A program made the translations under genes and the position numbers. The notes below the pieces were generated by a model. It was not told where the DNA came from. It searched no databases and worked only from the letters and a program-made list of their open reading frames with translations. Source: Aquificaceae bacterium (GTDB lineage: Bacteria > Aquificota > Aquificia > Aquificales > Aquificaceae). From it: a DNA stretch of 24,000 bases. The stretch is taken from contig JBEPZX010000003.1 of NCBI GenBank assembly GCA_041640635.1, positions 68,540 through 92,539 on the forward strand. Direction: 5' to 3'. Positions 1 to 7,467 of the stretch are shown piece after piece. Position 1 is the stretch's first letter, and each line of letters starts with the position of its first letter.

Positions 1-43
1 ATCCACACTCTTGACAAACAAACTTTGTGTTTAATTTCCCCAT
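1..43 (-). CDS. radA: RadA/Sms DNA repair protein, N-terminal fragment truncated by the window edge
   Basis: Reverse complement of 43..1 reads ATG GGG AAA TTA AAC ACA AAG TTT GTT TGT CAA GAG TGT GGA = MGKLNTKFVCQECG, matching the start of the RadA N-terminal zinc ribbon (KxxFVCQxCG). It lies 22 nt downstream of the bioW stop on the same strand. Only 14 residues are visible. Confidence 0.72.
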   Translation of the reverse strand, partial: MGKLNTKFVCQECG

Positions 44-65
44 TTAGTTTTAATATAAGTTTGCT

Positions 66-794
66 TCAGAGACTCTCAACAATTAGCGCTCTCTTTTCTA
101 AGCACTCCTTTACGCTTTCTATGTCTTTCCCTCTGACAAAGTAAACTCTGCCACCGATAGGTGTGTTGGGTTCTTTTAGAGGTTTTATTCTCACGTAACC
201 TAAACTCCTGCTTGCCACATAACCGGTGGTGTAGTCTGGATCGTCACTCCAACAGAGCTCTGCCACAACTCCGCAATAGATGTTTTTGGTAGCCAAAGCC
301 AAAGCATCAATTAGTCTTTTTATGTAGTAAGGTTTTACACCTCTAGCTTTTAACGCCTTTTCTATGGCTTTTCTGTCCTTCCAATCGAACATCACCGTTC
401 TTACACCCCTTTCTTGATCCTCCTCTAACCTTTCTCCCATAATCGTATCCATCAAAACAGCACCCCTCATGTTTCCACCCTTTGGATTGGGACCCCTTGC
501 CAATAGGTCTATACCCTTCCATGCTACACCTTCTGGAACACCTGCCTCTACAAGTTTTTTTACTGCAAACTCTCTGGCTTTTTCTACACTCTCAAAGTCG
601 TAGCTGTAAATAGGCAAAGCCTTTTCTATGGTAAAAACATTTTCTACCTTTTCTATGGTTATGACCATCTTATCGTAATCCTTCGGTCTTCTGTAGAGCT
701 CTAGCAAGACTTTATATGTTCTTTCTTCCGTGAGCCTTTCAGCACCGGATACGTGCTTGCCTTCCTTTTCCGCCCTCATCCTAAGGCTCCACAT
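66..794 (-). CDS. bioW: 6-carboxyhexanoate--CoA ligase (pimeloyl-CoA synthetase)
   Basis: 242 aa ORF; N-terminus SLRMRAEKEGKHVSGAERL matches the BioW signature (YSVRMRAS..GxHISGAERI), plus LLARGPNPKGGNMRGAVLMD and DYTTGYVAS.LGYVRI blocks. Confidence 0.9.
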   Translation of the reverse strand: MWSLRMRAEKEGKHVSGAERLTEERTYKVLLELYRRPKDYDKMVITIEKVENVFTIEKALPIYSYDFESVEKAREFAVKKLVEAGVPEGVAWKGIDLLARGPNPKGGNMRGAVLMDTIMGERLEEDQERGVRTVMFDWKDRKAIEKALKARGVKPYYIKRLIDALALATKNIYCGVVAELCWSDDPDYTTGYVASRSLGYVRIKPLKEPNTPIGGRVYFVRGKDIESVKECLEKRALIVESL

Positions 795-795
795 G

Positions 796-1560
796 TTACG
801 GTCTCCAGAGTTTGTCCTTGTACTTTTCTTTTAGCTCCAACTCCCACAAAAAAAGATATTTCAAGAAGGTGTACACAAAAGATGACATGGAAACGCAAAG
901 ACCTCTCATCCCATCCAAAAAGCCAAGCTTTAAGAGGTAGACCTTTACAAAAGCCCACAAAGGATTAAGAACTAAGTTGTAAAGCCTAAACCTTTTGCCC
1001 TGACTGTAAACATAATTTGCCACTATTTGAGCATACTTGACATTTTTTTGGTACTGCTCAAGCAAGTTCCTGTAAGAGTAGTGGTAGAGGTCCCCCTTTA
1101 GTTTACCCATTTTGCCATTCAGTATGTACTCCTCGTGAAGCTCACCTTCTATCCTAATTAAGTGCTTTTTAAAAAGCCTTAATCTCCACTCAGGATACCA
1201 CGCATGCTTTAAAAAGGCACCTGCATAGTAGGTGCGCCTGTTTATCATGTAGCCATCGTATCTGGGATTTTCCAACTCTTTCTTTATGGATTGTTTGAGT
1301 TCTTCAGAGACCTCTTCATCGGCATCCAAAACAAGCACCCAGTCACCCTGACAGAGGTTAATGCCGTATTGGAGTTGTTTTGCGTGTCCCTGCCACTCTT
1401 TAAAGTAAACGGTAGCACCTAATTCTTTAGCTATCTGAACCGTTTCATCTGTAGATCCTGAGTCCAAAACAACGACTTCATCCGCTACATCCTTCACACT
1501 TTGGATAGCTCTTTTTATGTTGTCCTCTTCATTTTTGGTGCGTATGAGAACAGAAAGCAT
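796..1560 (-). CDS. Glycosyltransferase family 2, LPS core type (WaaE/KdtX-like)
   Basis: LSVLIRTKNEEDNIKRAIQSVKDVADEVVVLDSGSTDETVQIAKELGA and VLVLDADEEVSEEL are GT2 nucleotide-sugar and DxD motifs. Confidence 0.85.
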   Translation of the reverse strand: MLSVLIRTKNEEDNIKRAIQSVKDVADEVVVLDSGSTDETVQIAKELGATVYFKEWQGHAKQLQYGINLCQGDWVLVLDADEEVSEELKQSIKKELENPRYDGYMINRRTYYAGAFLKHAWYPEWRLRLFKKHLIRIEGELHEEYILNGKMGKLKGDLYHYSYRNLLEQYQKNVKYAQIVANYVYSQGKRFRLYNLVLNPLWAFVKVYLLKLGFLDGMRGLCVSMSSFVYTFLKYLFLWELELKEKYKDKLWRP

Positions 1561-1609
1561 GTAAAAGAATTTTAAAACACCTTACTGTAGGTTCAATGAA
1601 TTATATTTA

Positions 1610-2986
1610 ATGTATATGAGAACTGTATTTAACGAAGAACTCATAAAAAAATACGACAGACCAGGACCTAGATACACAAGTTACCCACCGGCTACCGAGT
1701 TTTCCGAAGATGTAAAGGAAGAGCACTACAGGCAAGCCCTTTTAAAGAGCAATCTTTCCAATAGACCTCTTTCTCTTTACTTTCATATACCTTTTTGTGA
1801 AAGTGCCTGTTGGTTTTGCGGTTGCAATGTGATTATCTCCCACAGAAAGGATGTAACACGTAGATACCTAGACTACGTCTACAGAGAAATGGACATGCTT
1901 TCCAAATACTTGGATGTCTCTAGACCTGTTGTCCAGCTTCACTGGGGTGGTGGTACTCCCAACTTTTTGAGCAACCAAGAGATAGAGGAATTTTTCCAAA
2001 AGATAAGAGAACGCTTTAATATATGGGAAGATGCCGAAATAAGCGCAGAAATAGATCCAAGATACCTTTCTCAAGGACAATTGGAAACTCTAAAAAAAGT
2101 GGGCTTTAACAGAGTGAGTATGGGGCTCCAAGACCTTGACGAAGAAGTCCAAAGAGCCATAAACAGAATACAACCTTTTGAGCTTATGCATGACGTTATG
2201 GATCAACTCAGAAGCTTGGGCTTTAAAAGCATAAACATAGATCTTGTGTATGGGCTTCCTTACCAAACACCCCAGAAGTTCAAAAAAACCATAGAAAAAA
2301 CCATACAACTAAGCCCAGATAGGGTAGCCGTTTATAACTTTGCCTATGTGCCATGGCTAAAGCCCCTGCAGAGGAAGATCGATCCCAACACTTTGACTCC
2401 ACCTCAGGACAAGCTTACCATACTTCAAATGAGCATACAGATGTTCCAAGATGCTGGATATGTATTTATAGGAATGGATCACTTTGCAAAGCCTGACGAT
2501 GAGCTAGCTGTAGCTCAAAGAGAAGGCACCCTATGGAGAAACTTCCAAGGATACACCACCAAAAAGGGAGTGGACCTAATAGGCATAGGCGCTACATCCA
2601 TAGGCATGTTGGACCATGCTTACTTCCAAAACTACAAGACCATCAGAGAGTACTACATGGCTATAGATGAAGGCAAGCTCCCCACAATGCGTGGTATTCT
2701 TTTGAGTTACCAGGACATGTTGAGAAGGGAAATCATAATGGACCTCATGTGTAACTTTGTTTTAGACTTTGAAAAAATAGAAAGGACCTTCGGTATAGAC
2801 TTTGCTTCTCACTTTTCACAGGAGCTAGAACAGCTAAAAGAGATGCAAAGGGATGGTCTATTAGAGATTCACTCAAGAGGAATAACGGTTTTACCACAGG
2901 GACGCCTTTTAATTAGAAACATAGCCATGGTTTTTGATGAGTATATAAAATCCAAAGAGGAACTCAGGTTTTCAAGAACGATATGA
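1610..2986 (+). CDS. hemN: Oxygen-independent coproporphyrinogen III dehydrogenase (radical SAM)
   Basis: [15 protein letters not shown], radical [13 protein letters not shown] (CxxxCxFCxC as in true HemN), [42 protein letters not shown] at 1616 is an alternative start. Confidence 0.94.
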   Translation: MYMRTVFNEELIKKYDRPGPRYTSYPPATEFSEDVKEEHYRQALLKSNLSNRPLSLYFHIPFCESACWFCGCNVIISHRKDVTRRYLDYVYREMDMLSKYLDVSRPVVQLHWGGGTPNFLSNQEIEEFFQKIRERFNIWEDAEISAEIDPRYLSQGQLETLKKVGFNRVSMGLQDLDEEVQRAINRIQPFELMHDVMDQLRSLGFKSINIDLVYGLPYQTPQKFKKTIEKTIQLSPDRVAVYNFAYVPWLKPLQRKIDPNTLTPPQDKLTILQMSIQMFQDAGYVFIGMDHFAKPDDELAVAQREGTLWRNFQGYTTKKGVDLIGIGATSIGMLDHAYFQNYKTIREYYMAIDEGKLPTMRGILLSYQDMLRREIIMDLMCNFVLDFEKIERTFGIDFASHFSQELEQLKEMQRDGLLEIHSRGITVLPQGRLLIRNIAMVFDEYIKSKEELRFSRTI

Positions 2987-3897
2987 ACAGGCTCTTGGAA
3001 TTAAGCCAAGTTAGCAAGCGTTTTTACTTTTACAAAAATCCTTTCAAAAAAGGTTACATAGACGCAATAAAGGATATTAGTTTTTCCATAAACAAAGGGG
3101 AGATATTTGCCCTTGTAGGTGAGTCAGGCTCAGGCAAAAGCACAATTGGCAAGATTATCCTTCGATTAGAAAGACCTAGCGAGGGGAGAGTGGTACTAGA
3201 AGGCAAAGATATATACGCCTATAGAAGGGAGTATACAAGATTTGTGTCCGCTGTGTTTCAAGATCCTTCAAGTTCCCTAAATCCACATATGAAGGTAAAA
3301 GATATAATTACAGAACCTTTGGCTGTCCATGGGGTAAAAGAAAAGGAAGAAAAACTAGAAAAAGCTTTAGAGCTTGTAAAGTTAGATAAAGACTTGGTAA
3401 ACAGAAAGCCTACCCAGCTATCTGGAGGTCAGCGCCAGAGGGTAGCCATAGCAAGAGCTATCGTTTTGGAGCCAAAACTGATAGTGGCGGACGAGCCAAC
3501 AGCTTCGTTGGATGCCAGTGTAAGAGTAGGAATACTTGAACTCTTTAAGGTTCTAAAAAACAATGGTATAAGTGTTTTGTTCATCACCCATGACATAAGG
3601 TCAGTAGAAAAAATAGCCGACAGGGTAGGCGTTCTGTACAGAGGCGTATTGATGGAGTTAGGTGATAAAGATAGTGTTTTAGGTTCACCAAAGCACCCAT
3701 ACACCAAATACCTGCTCGAAAACATTCCAGTAAAGCATCCATCGCAAAGGCATCAGGTAGACACACAAGAGCCATGGTATATAGAACAGGCTCAGTGTCC
3801 TTTCTATTTTATGTGTCCAGATAGGTTAAACTCATGCAAAGAGAGTGTAAGGGAGGTCTTTTTAGATGGAACCATCGTCAAGTGTAATATATATTGA
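2983..3897 (+). CDS. Oligopeptide/dipeptide-type ABC transporter ATP-binding protein (OppF/DppF family)
   Basis: Walker A GESGSGKS, signature [14 protein letters not shown], Walker [13 protein letters not shown], switch His; Cys-rich C-terminal extension [14 protein letters not shown]...VKCNIY typical of OppF/DppF. 4 bp overlap with hemN. Confidence 0.88.
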   Translation: MNRLLELSQVSKRFYFYKNPFKKGYIDAIKDISFSINKGEIFALVGESGSGKSTIGKIILRLERPSEGRVVLEGKDIYAYRREYTRFVSAVFQDPSSSLNPHMKVKDIITEPLAVHGVKEKEEKLEKALELVKLDKDLVNRKPTQLSGGQRQRVAIARAIVLEPKLIVADEPTASLDASVRVGILELFKVLKNNGISVLFITHDIRSVEKIADRVGVLYRGVLMELGDKDSVLGSPKHPYTKYLLENIPVKHPSQRHQVDTQEPWYIEQAQCPFYFMCPDRLNSCKESVREVFLDGTIVKCNIY

Positions 3898-5107
3898 CCT
3901 TATTGTATTTTTATTCCTTCTTTACTTATCAGGGTTTTTTAGCTCGTCTGAAGTAGTCTTTTTTGGTGCAAATCGCTATATTCTAAAGTTGAAAAAGGGG
4001 AAAGTCTACTCTGTTTTGAATAAACTTTTGGATAAAAAACATCAGCTGCTTCTTTCCATACTGATTGGTAATGAATTAGTTAATGTTCTATTATCCTCAT
4101 ACAGTACAAAACTATTTGTAGATTACTTTGGTTCCAAAGGCGCTGGTTTGGCTGTAGTTCTTTCTAGCACCTTAATATTTGTCTTCGGTGAAGTACTTCC
4201 CAAAAACCTTGTTTATCCCTTTACTACCAAGTTATCTCCAGCGTATGCCATTCCTTTTTCTTTAATTCACGTTGCTTTCTTGCCTCTGCGCTTTCTTCTT
4301 AACAGGTTAACTAAAAGGATTTTGGGTGATGGTATGGAAAAGGAGGTGTCTACAAAGGATAGTTTAATGGACATACTAGAAATGGCATTAAACCAAAAGG
4401 TGTTTGACCATCAAGACATAGCCATTGCCCAAAAGGTTTTATCTTTGGATAGCGTTTTGGTAAAGGAAATTATGGTTCCCAAACCTGATATGTTTGTGTT
4501 GGATGAGGATTTAACAGTAAACGAATCTATAGATCTCATACTTAGGAAAAAACACAGTAGAGTACCTCTGTACAAAGAGAATCAAGATAACATAACAGGC
4601 ATACTGTACGTAAAGGATATGGTTCCACTCGATTTGACGAGAGATAAAAAGCTAAGTGAGTTTAAAAAACAAGCCCTATTTGTTCCAGAAGTTCAAACTT
4701 TGAGAGATCTTTTGGAAGAGCTCAAAAGCGAAAACAAGCAAATGGCAATAGTAGTTGGAGAACATGGAGAGGTTGTGGGTCTTATCACACTTTACGACAT
4801 ACTAAAGTTCTGTTTTGGCACTCTGCCAGAATCCTGGGAAGGTGGTATTGTAAGGGTATCCAAAGACATGTACAAAATAGAAGCTTGGGTTGATGTAGAA
4901 GATTTCTCTCAGGAATTAGGAATAAGCCTACCTGAAGAGTACGAGTACGACACAGTAGGAGGCTTTGTTATGTCCATGCTTGGTCATATTCCAGAAGAAG
5001 GTGACGAGTTTGAATATGACGGTTATAAGTTCAAGGTCCAAAAGATGGAAGGTAACAGAATCCTTTACGTATATGCTATAAAGGTTGGCAAGGAAGCACT
5101 AAAATGA
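3866..5107 (+). CDS. CNNM/CorC (HlyC)-type membrane protein: DUF21 + CBS pair + CorC_HlyC domain
   Basis: N-terminal TM block LSGFFSSSEVVFFGANRYIL; CBS region VKEIMVPKPDMFVLDEDLTVNESIDLILRKKHSRVPLY and GEHGEVVGLITLYDILK; C-terminal YDTVGGFVMSMLGHIPEEGDEFEYDGYKFKVQKMEGNRI. Confidence 0.87.
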   Translation: MEPSSSVIYIDLIVFLFLLYLSGFFSSSEVVFFGANRYILKLKKGKVYSVLNKLLDKKHQLLLSILIGNELVNVLLSSYSTKLFVDYFGSKGAGLAVVLSSTLIFVFGEVLPKNLVYPFTTKLSPAYAIPFSLIHVAFLPLRFLLNRLTKRILGDGMEKEVSTKDSLMDILEMALNQKVFDHQDIAIAQKVLSLDSVLVKEIMVPKPDMFVLDEDLTVNESIDLILRKKHSRVPLYKENQDNITGILYVKDMVPLDLTRDKKLSEFKKQALFVPEVQTLRDLLEELKSENKQMAIVVGEHGEVVGLITLYDILKFCFGTLPESWEGGIVRVSKDMYKIEAWVDVEDFSQELGISLPEEYEYDTVGGFVMSMLGHIPEEGDEFEYDGYKFKVQKMEGNRILYVYAIKVGKEALK

Positions 5108-6210
5108 AACCTTCCGTTGAGTTAAAAGCCAAGGTAAACCTAAACCTTTTCTTAAAAGTAGATGTTTCACTTCTGATTGCTAATGCAGCCGACATTGAGC
5201 AAGAATTAGATCAAATAGAGCCATACCTTACCCTTATAACCAAAAAACTTCCCAAATGGTTTTATTGGGACACACCTAAAAACTTTGAAGCGCCTTACAC
5301 TGAAGACGAGATAAGGATACTAATAAGTCAAGCTAGGTTAGAGCTGGATGGTAAAGACTTTGAGATTGCACAGGAGCTTTTGTACAGTGTTAACGATAGG
5401 GGTTACTTAAAGGTTGATGTTCAAGAGATAGCAAGAGCTTTGCGGGTGGATGTAGAGAGTGTAGAAAAGGTGAGACGCTTTATTATGCGAGAGCTAGAGC
5501 CGTTGGGGGTATGTAGCAAAGATCTATTTGAGTTCTTACAGTTGCAACTTGAAGAACTTTATCCCAAAAAACATAGCTTGCACAAAGAGGTCATTGAAGC
5601 TTTAAAGACTGGAAGGGTAGACTCGCAAATAAAGGAATTTCTTTCTTGTTTTAGGCTTTCTCCTTTGAGTGGTAAAGTCGTATACAGGTCAGGTCCGGTG
5701 GATGTAGTTGTTGAGCATGCAGATGGCGAGTGGGTAGTATTTATTTACGATGACTTTGTAGATCTAGAGATAAAAGATCATAACGAAGAGGATAAGAGCA
5801 TTAAGAAGGCTAAAAACCTAAAGTTTGTCTTGCAGATGCGCAGAGATATACTCAGAAAGGTAACTTACCAAGTTTTAGGAGTTCAGGAGGATTTTTTTCT
5901 GAAGGGCTACCCATTGAAAAGCCTTACACTCACAGAGGTTTCAAACAAAATAGGTATCGATGTTTCTACACTTAGTAGGATTGTTAACAATAAGTACATC
6001 AAAACTCCGTTGGGGATATATCCCTTGAGATTCTTTTTCGTCAGAAACAGTCTAAAAGGCCTTAGTACGGAGGAAGTTACAAGGTTAGTAAAAGAAGCTA
6101 TAAACAAGCTAGGACTTGAAGCCACCGATAAAGAGGTCTCTTTATACCTAAAGGAAATGGGGATAAACCTATCTCGCAGGACTGTTAACAAATACAGAAA
6201 ACTAATATGA
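5104..6210 (+). CDS. rpoN: RNA polymerase sigma-54 factor
   Basis: HTH block LTEVSNKIGIDVSTLSRIVNNKYIKTPLGIYPLRFFF and C-terminal RpoN box RRTVNKYRK (canonical ARRTVAKYRE); core-binding block DLFEFLQLQLEEL. Region I is divergent. Confidence 0.9.
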   Translation: MKPSVELKAKVNLNLFLKVDVSLLIANAADIEQELDQIEPYLTLITKKLPKWFYWDTPKNFEAPYTEDEIRILISQARLELDGKDFEIAQELLYSVNDRGYLKVDVQEIARALRVDVESVEKVRRFIMRELEPLGVCSKDLFEFLQLQLEELYPKKHSLHKEVIEALKTGRVDSQIKEFLSCFRLSPLSGKVVYRSGPVDVVVEHADGEWVVFIYDDFVDLEIKDHNEEDKSIKKAKNLKFVLQMRRDILRKVTYQVLGVQEDFFLKGYPLKSLTLTEVSNKIGIDVSTLSRIVNNKYIKTPLGIYPLRFFFVRNSLKGLSTEEVTRLVKEAINKLGLEATDKEVSLYLKEMGINLSRRTVNKYRKLI

Positions 6211-6253
6211 ACTAGGTGTTAAACGACAGAAAAACGTTTAAAATAATACCTTA

Positions 6254-7183
6254 ATGAAAGTAGGACTAATCTACAGTGATATTTACTTAAAGCACAATCA
6301 TGCGGGTCATCCCGAAAACAAAGATAGGTTAATTAGCGTAATGAGAACGTTAGATGAAAGAAGACTTACGCGGGAGGTTGCTCTAATAGAGCCAAGAAGG
6401 GCAAGTGCATTGGATGTTTCTCTAAATCACGAAGCAACTTACGTACAAGAGATTGCAGACTTTTGTCAAGCTGGCGGTGGCTACTTGGATCCGGATACCT
6501 ATGCGATTCCTGATTCTTACGAAGTTGCTCTGTATGCTGTAGGTGGTATCCTTCAAGGCATAGATGTTCTTCTGGATGGAACTTTGCAGGCTATCTTTTG
6601 TGCTGTTAGACCTCCTGGACATCACGCTGAGAGATCAAAGGCTATGGGTTTTTGCATATTTAACAACGTAGCTGTAGGTGGATTTTACCTTTTGCAAAAG
6701 GGTATAGATAGAGTTTTCATAATAGACTTTGATGCTCACCACGGTAACGGAACTCAAAAGAGTTTCTATGAAGAAGACAGGGTTTTTTATTTCTCCACAC
6801 ATGAGTATCCTTTCTATCCTGGCACAGGTTCTGTAGACGAGAAAGGTGCAGGTAAAGGCTATGGCTATACCTACAACGTTCCGTTACCAGCAGGCAGCGG
6901 CGACAGAGAATACAAGCAAGTTTACTCAGAGGTTTTGCCAAAGATAATGCTAGACTTTTCTCCAAGGTTTGTGCTTGTTTCTGCAGGATACGATATCCAC
7001 AAAGATGATCCCCTTACATACCTGAACGTAACAACAGAGGGTGTAGGATACATAGTGGAGTCTATACTTTCCACTTGCAGGCACTTAAATGCTCCTGTTC
7101 TCTTTGCCTTGGAAGGTGGCTACAACCTAAAGGCTTTAGGTGACTGCGTAGCTCTAACTATACAAAAAATGCTGGAGGTTTAA
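6254..7183 (+). CDS. Histone deacetylase / AcuC / acetylpolyamine amidohydrolase superfamily zinc deacetylase
   Basis: HAGHPENKDRL, AVRPPGHHAE, DFDAHHGNGTQ, VSAGYDIHKDDPL and LEGGYN active-site and metal-ligand motifs are all present. Confidence 0.9.
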   Translation: MKVGLIYSDIYLKHNHAGHPENKDRLISVMRTLDERRLTREVALIEPRRASALDVSLNHEATYVQEIADFCQAGGGYLDPDTYAIPDSYEVALYAVGGILQGIDVLLDGTLQAIFCAVRPPGHHAERSKAMGFCIFNNVAVGGFYLLQKGIDRVFIIDFDAHHGNGTQKSFYEEDRVFYFSTHEYPFYPGTGSVDEKGAGKGYGYTYNVPLPAGSGDREYKQVYSEVLPKIMLDFSPRFVLVSAGYDIHKDDPLTYLNVTTEGVGYIVESILSTCRHLNAPVLFALEGGYNLKALGDCVALTIQKMLEV

Positions 7184-7185
7184 AC

Positions 7186-7398
7186 TTGCAAAGTATAAAT
7201 AGATACATCAAATATATATGGAAAGGATTTTCCTTCTTGCTTGTTACCTATGGTTTTTATCTTTTCTTTCTGTTTTTATTGGATACGCTAATAAGAGTGA
7301 ATAAAAAACTGGCTTTACCTGTTTCCGCGGGAATAACTATTCTTTTGATAATTTTTGTGGCTGTTTTTTGGTACAGAAAAAGGAGATTGCCCTTTTAG
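7186..7398 (+). CDS. Small hypothetical membrane protein (two predicted TM helices)
   Basis: 70 aa ORF with TTG start at 7186 preceded by GGAGGT (about 7174-7179); two hydrophobic segments (FSFLLVTYGFYLFFLFLL, LPVSAGITILLIIFVAVFW) followed by KRRLPF. No homology recognised. Confidence 0.6.
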   Translation: MQSINRYIKYIWKGFSFLLVTYGFYLFFLFLLDTLIRVNKKLALPVSAGITILLIIFVAVFWYRKRRLPF

Positions 7399-7416
7399 CT
7401 TAATGATTTTTGTCTA

Positions 7417-7445
7417 TTGCAAATTATTCTAAATAAAACTATCTT
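7417..7445 (+). promoter_or_regulatory. Candidate sigma70-type promoter for clpC
   Basis: TTGCAA (7417-7422), 17 nt spacer, TATCTT (7440-7445); SD AAGGAG at 7454-7459 upstream of ATG 7468. Imperfect boxes. Confidence 0.35.
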
Positions 7446-7467
7446 TATACCTTAAGGAGAGTTAGAT

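Noticed and set aside
11-35. TTGACA at 11-16 with nearby AT-rich sequence, suggestive of a plus-strand promoter
   Set aside because: The sequence is the reverse complement of the RadA zinc-ribbon codons (TTT GTT TGT CAA GAG TGT), no good -10 at proper spacing, and no plus-strand gene follows.
753-968. ORFs 753..968 (+) and 776..958 (-) over the bioW/GT2 junction
   Set aside because: Overlap two strongly supported CDSs and have no recognisable domains or plausible independent support.
1868-2308. Minus-strand ORFs 1868..2080 and 2090..2308
   Set aside because: Antisense to the hemN CDS, no homology pattern; codon-shadow ORFs.
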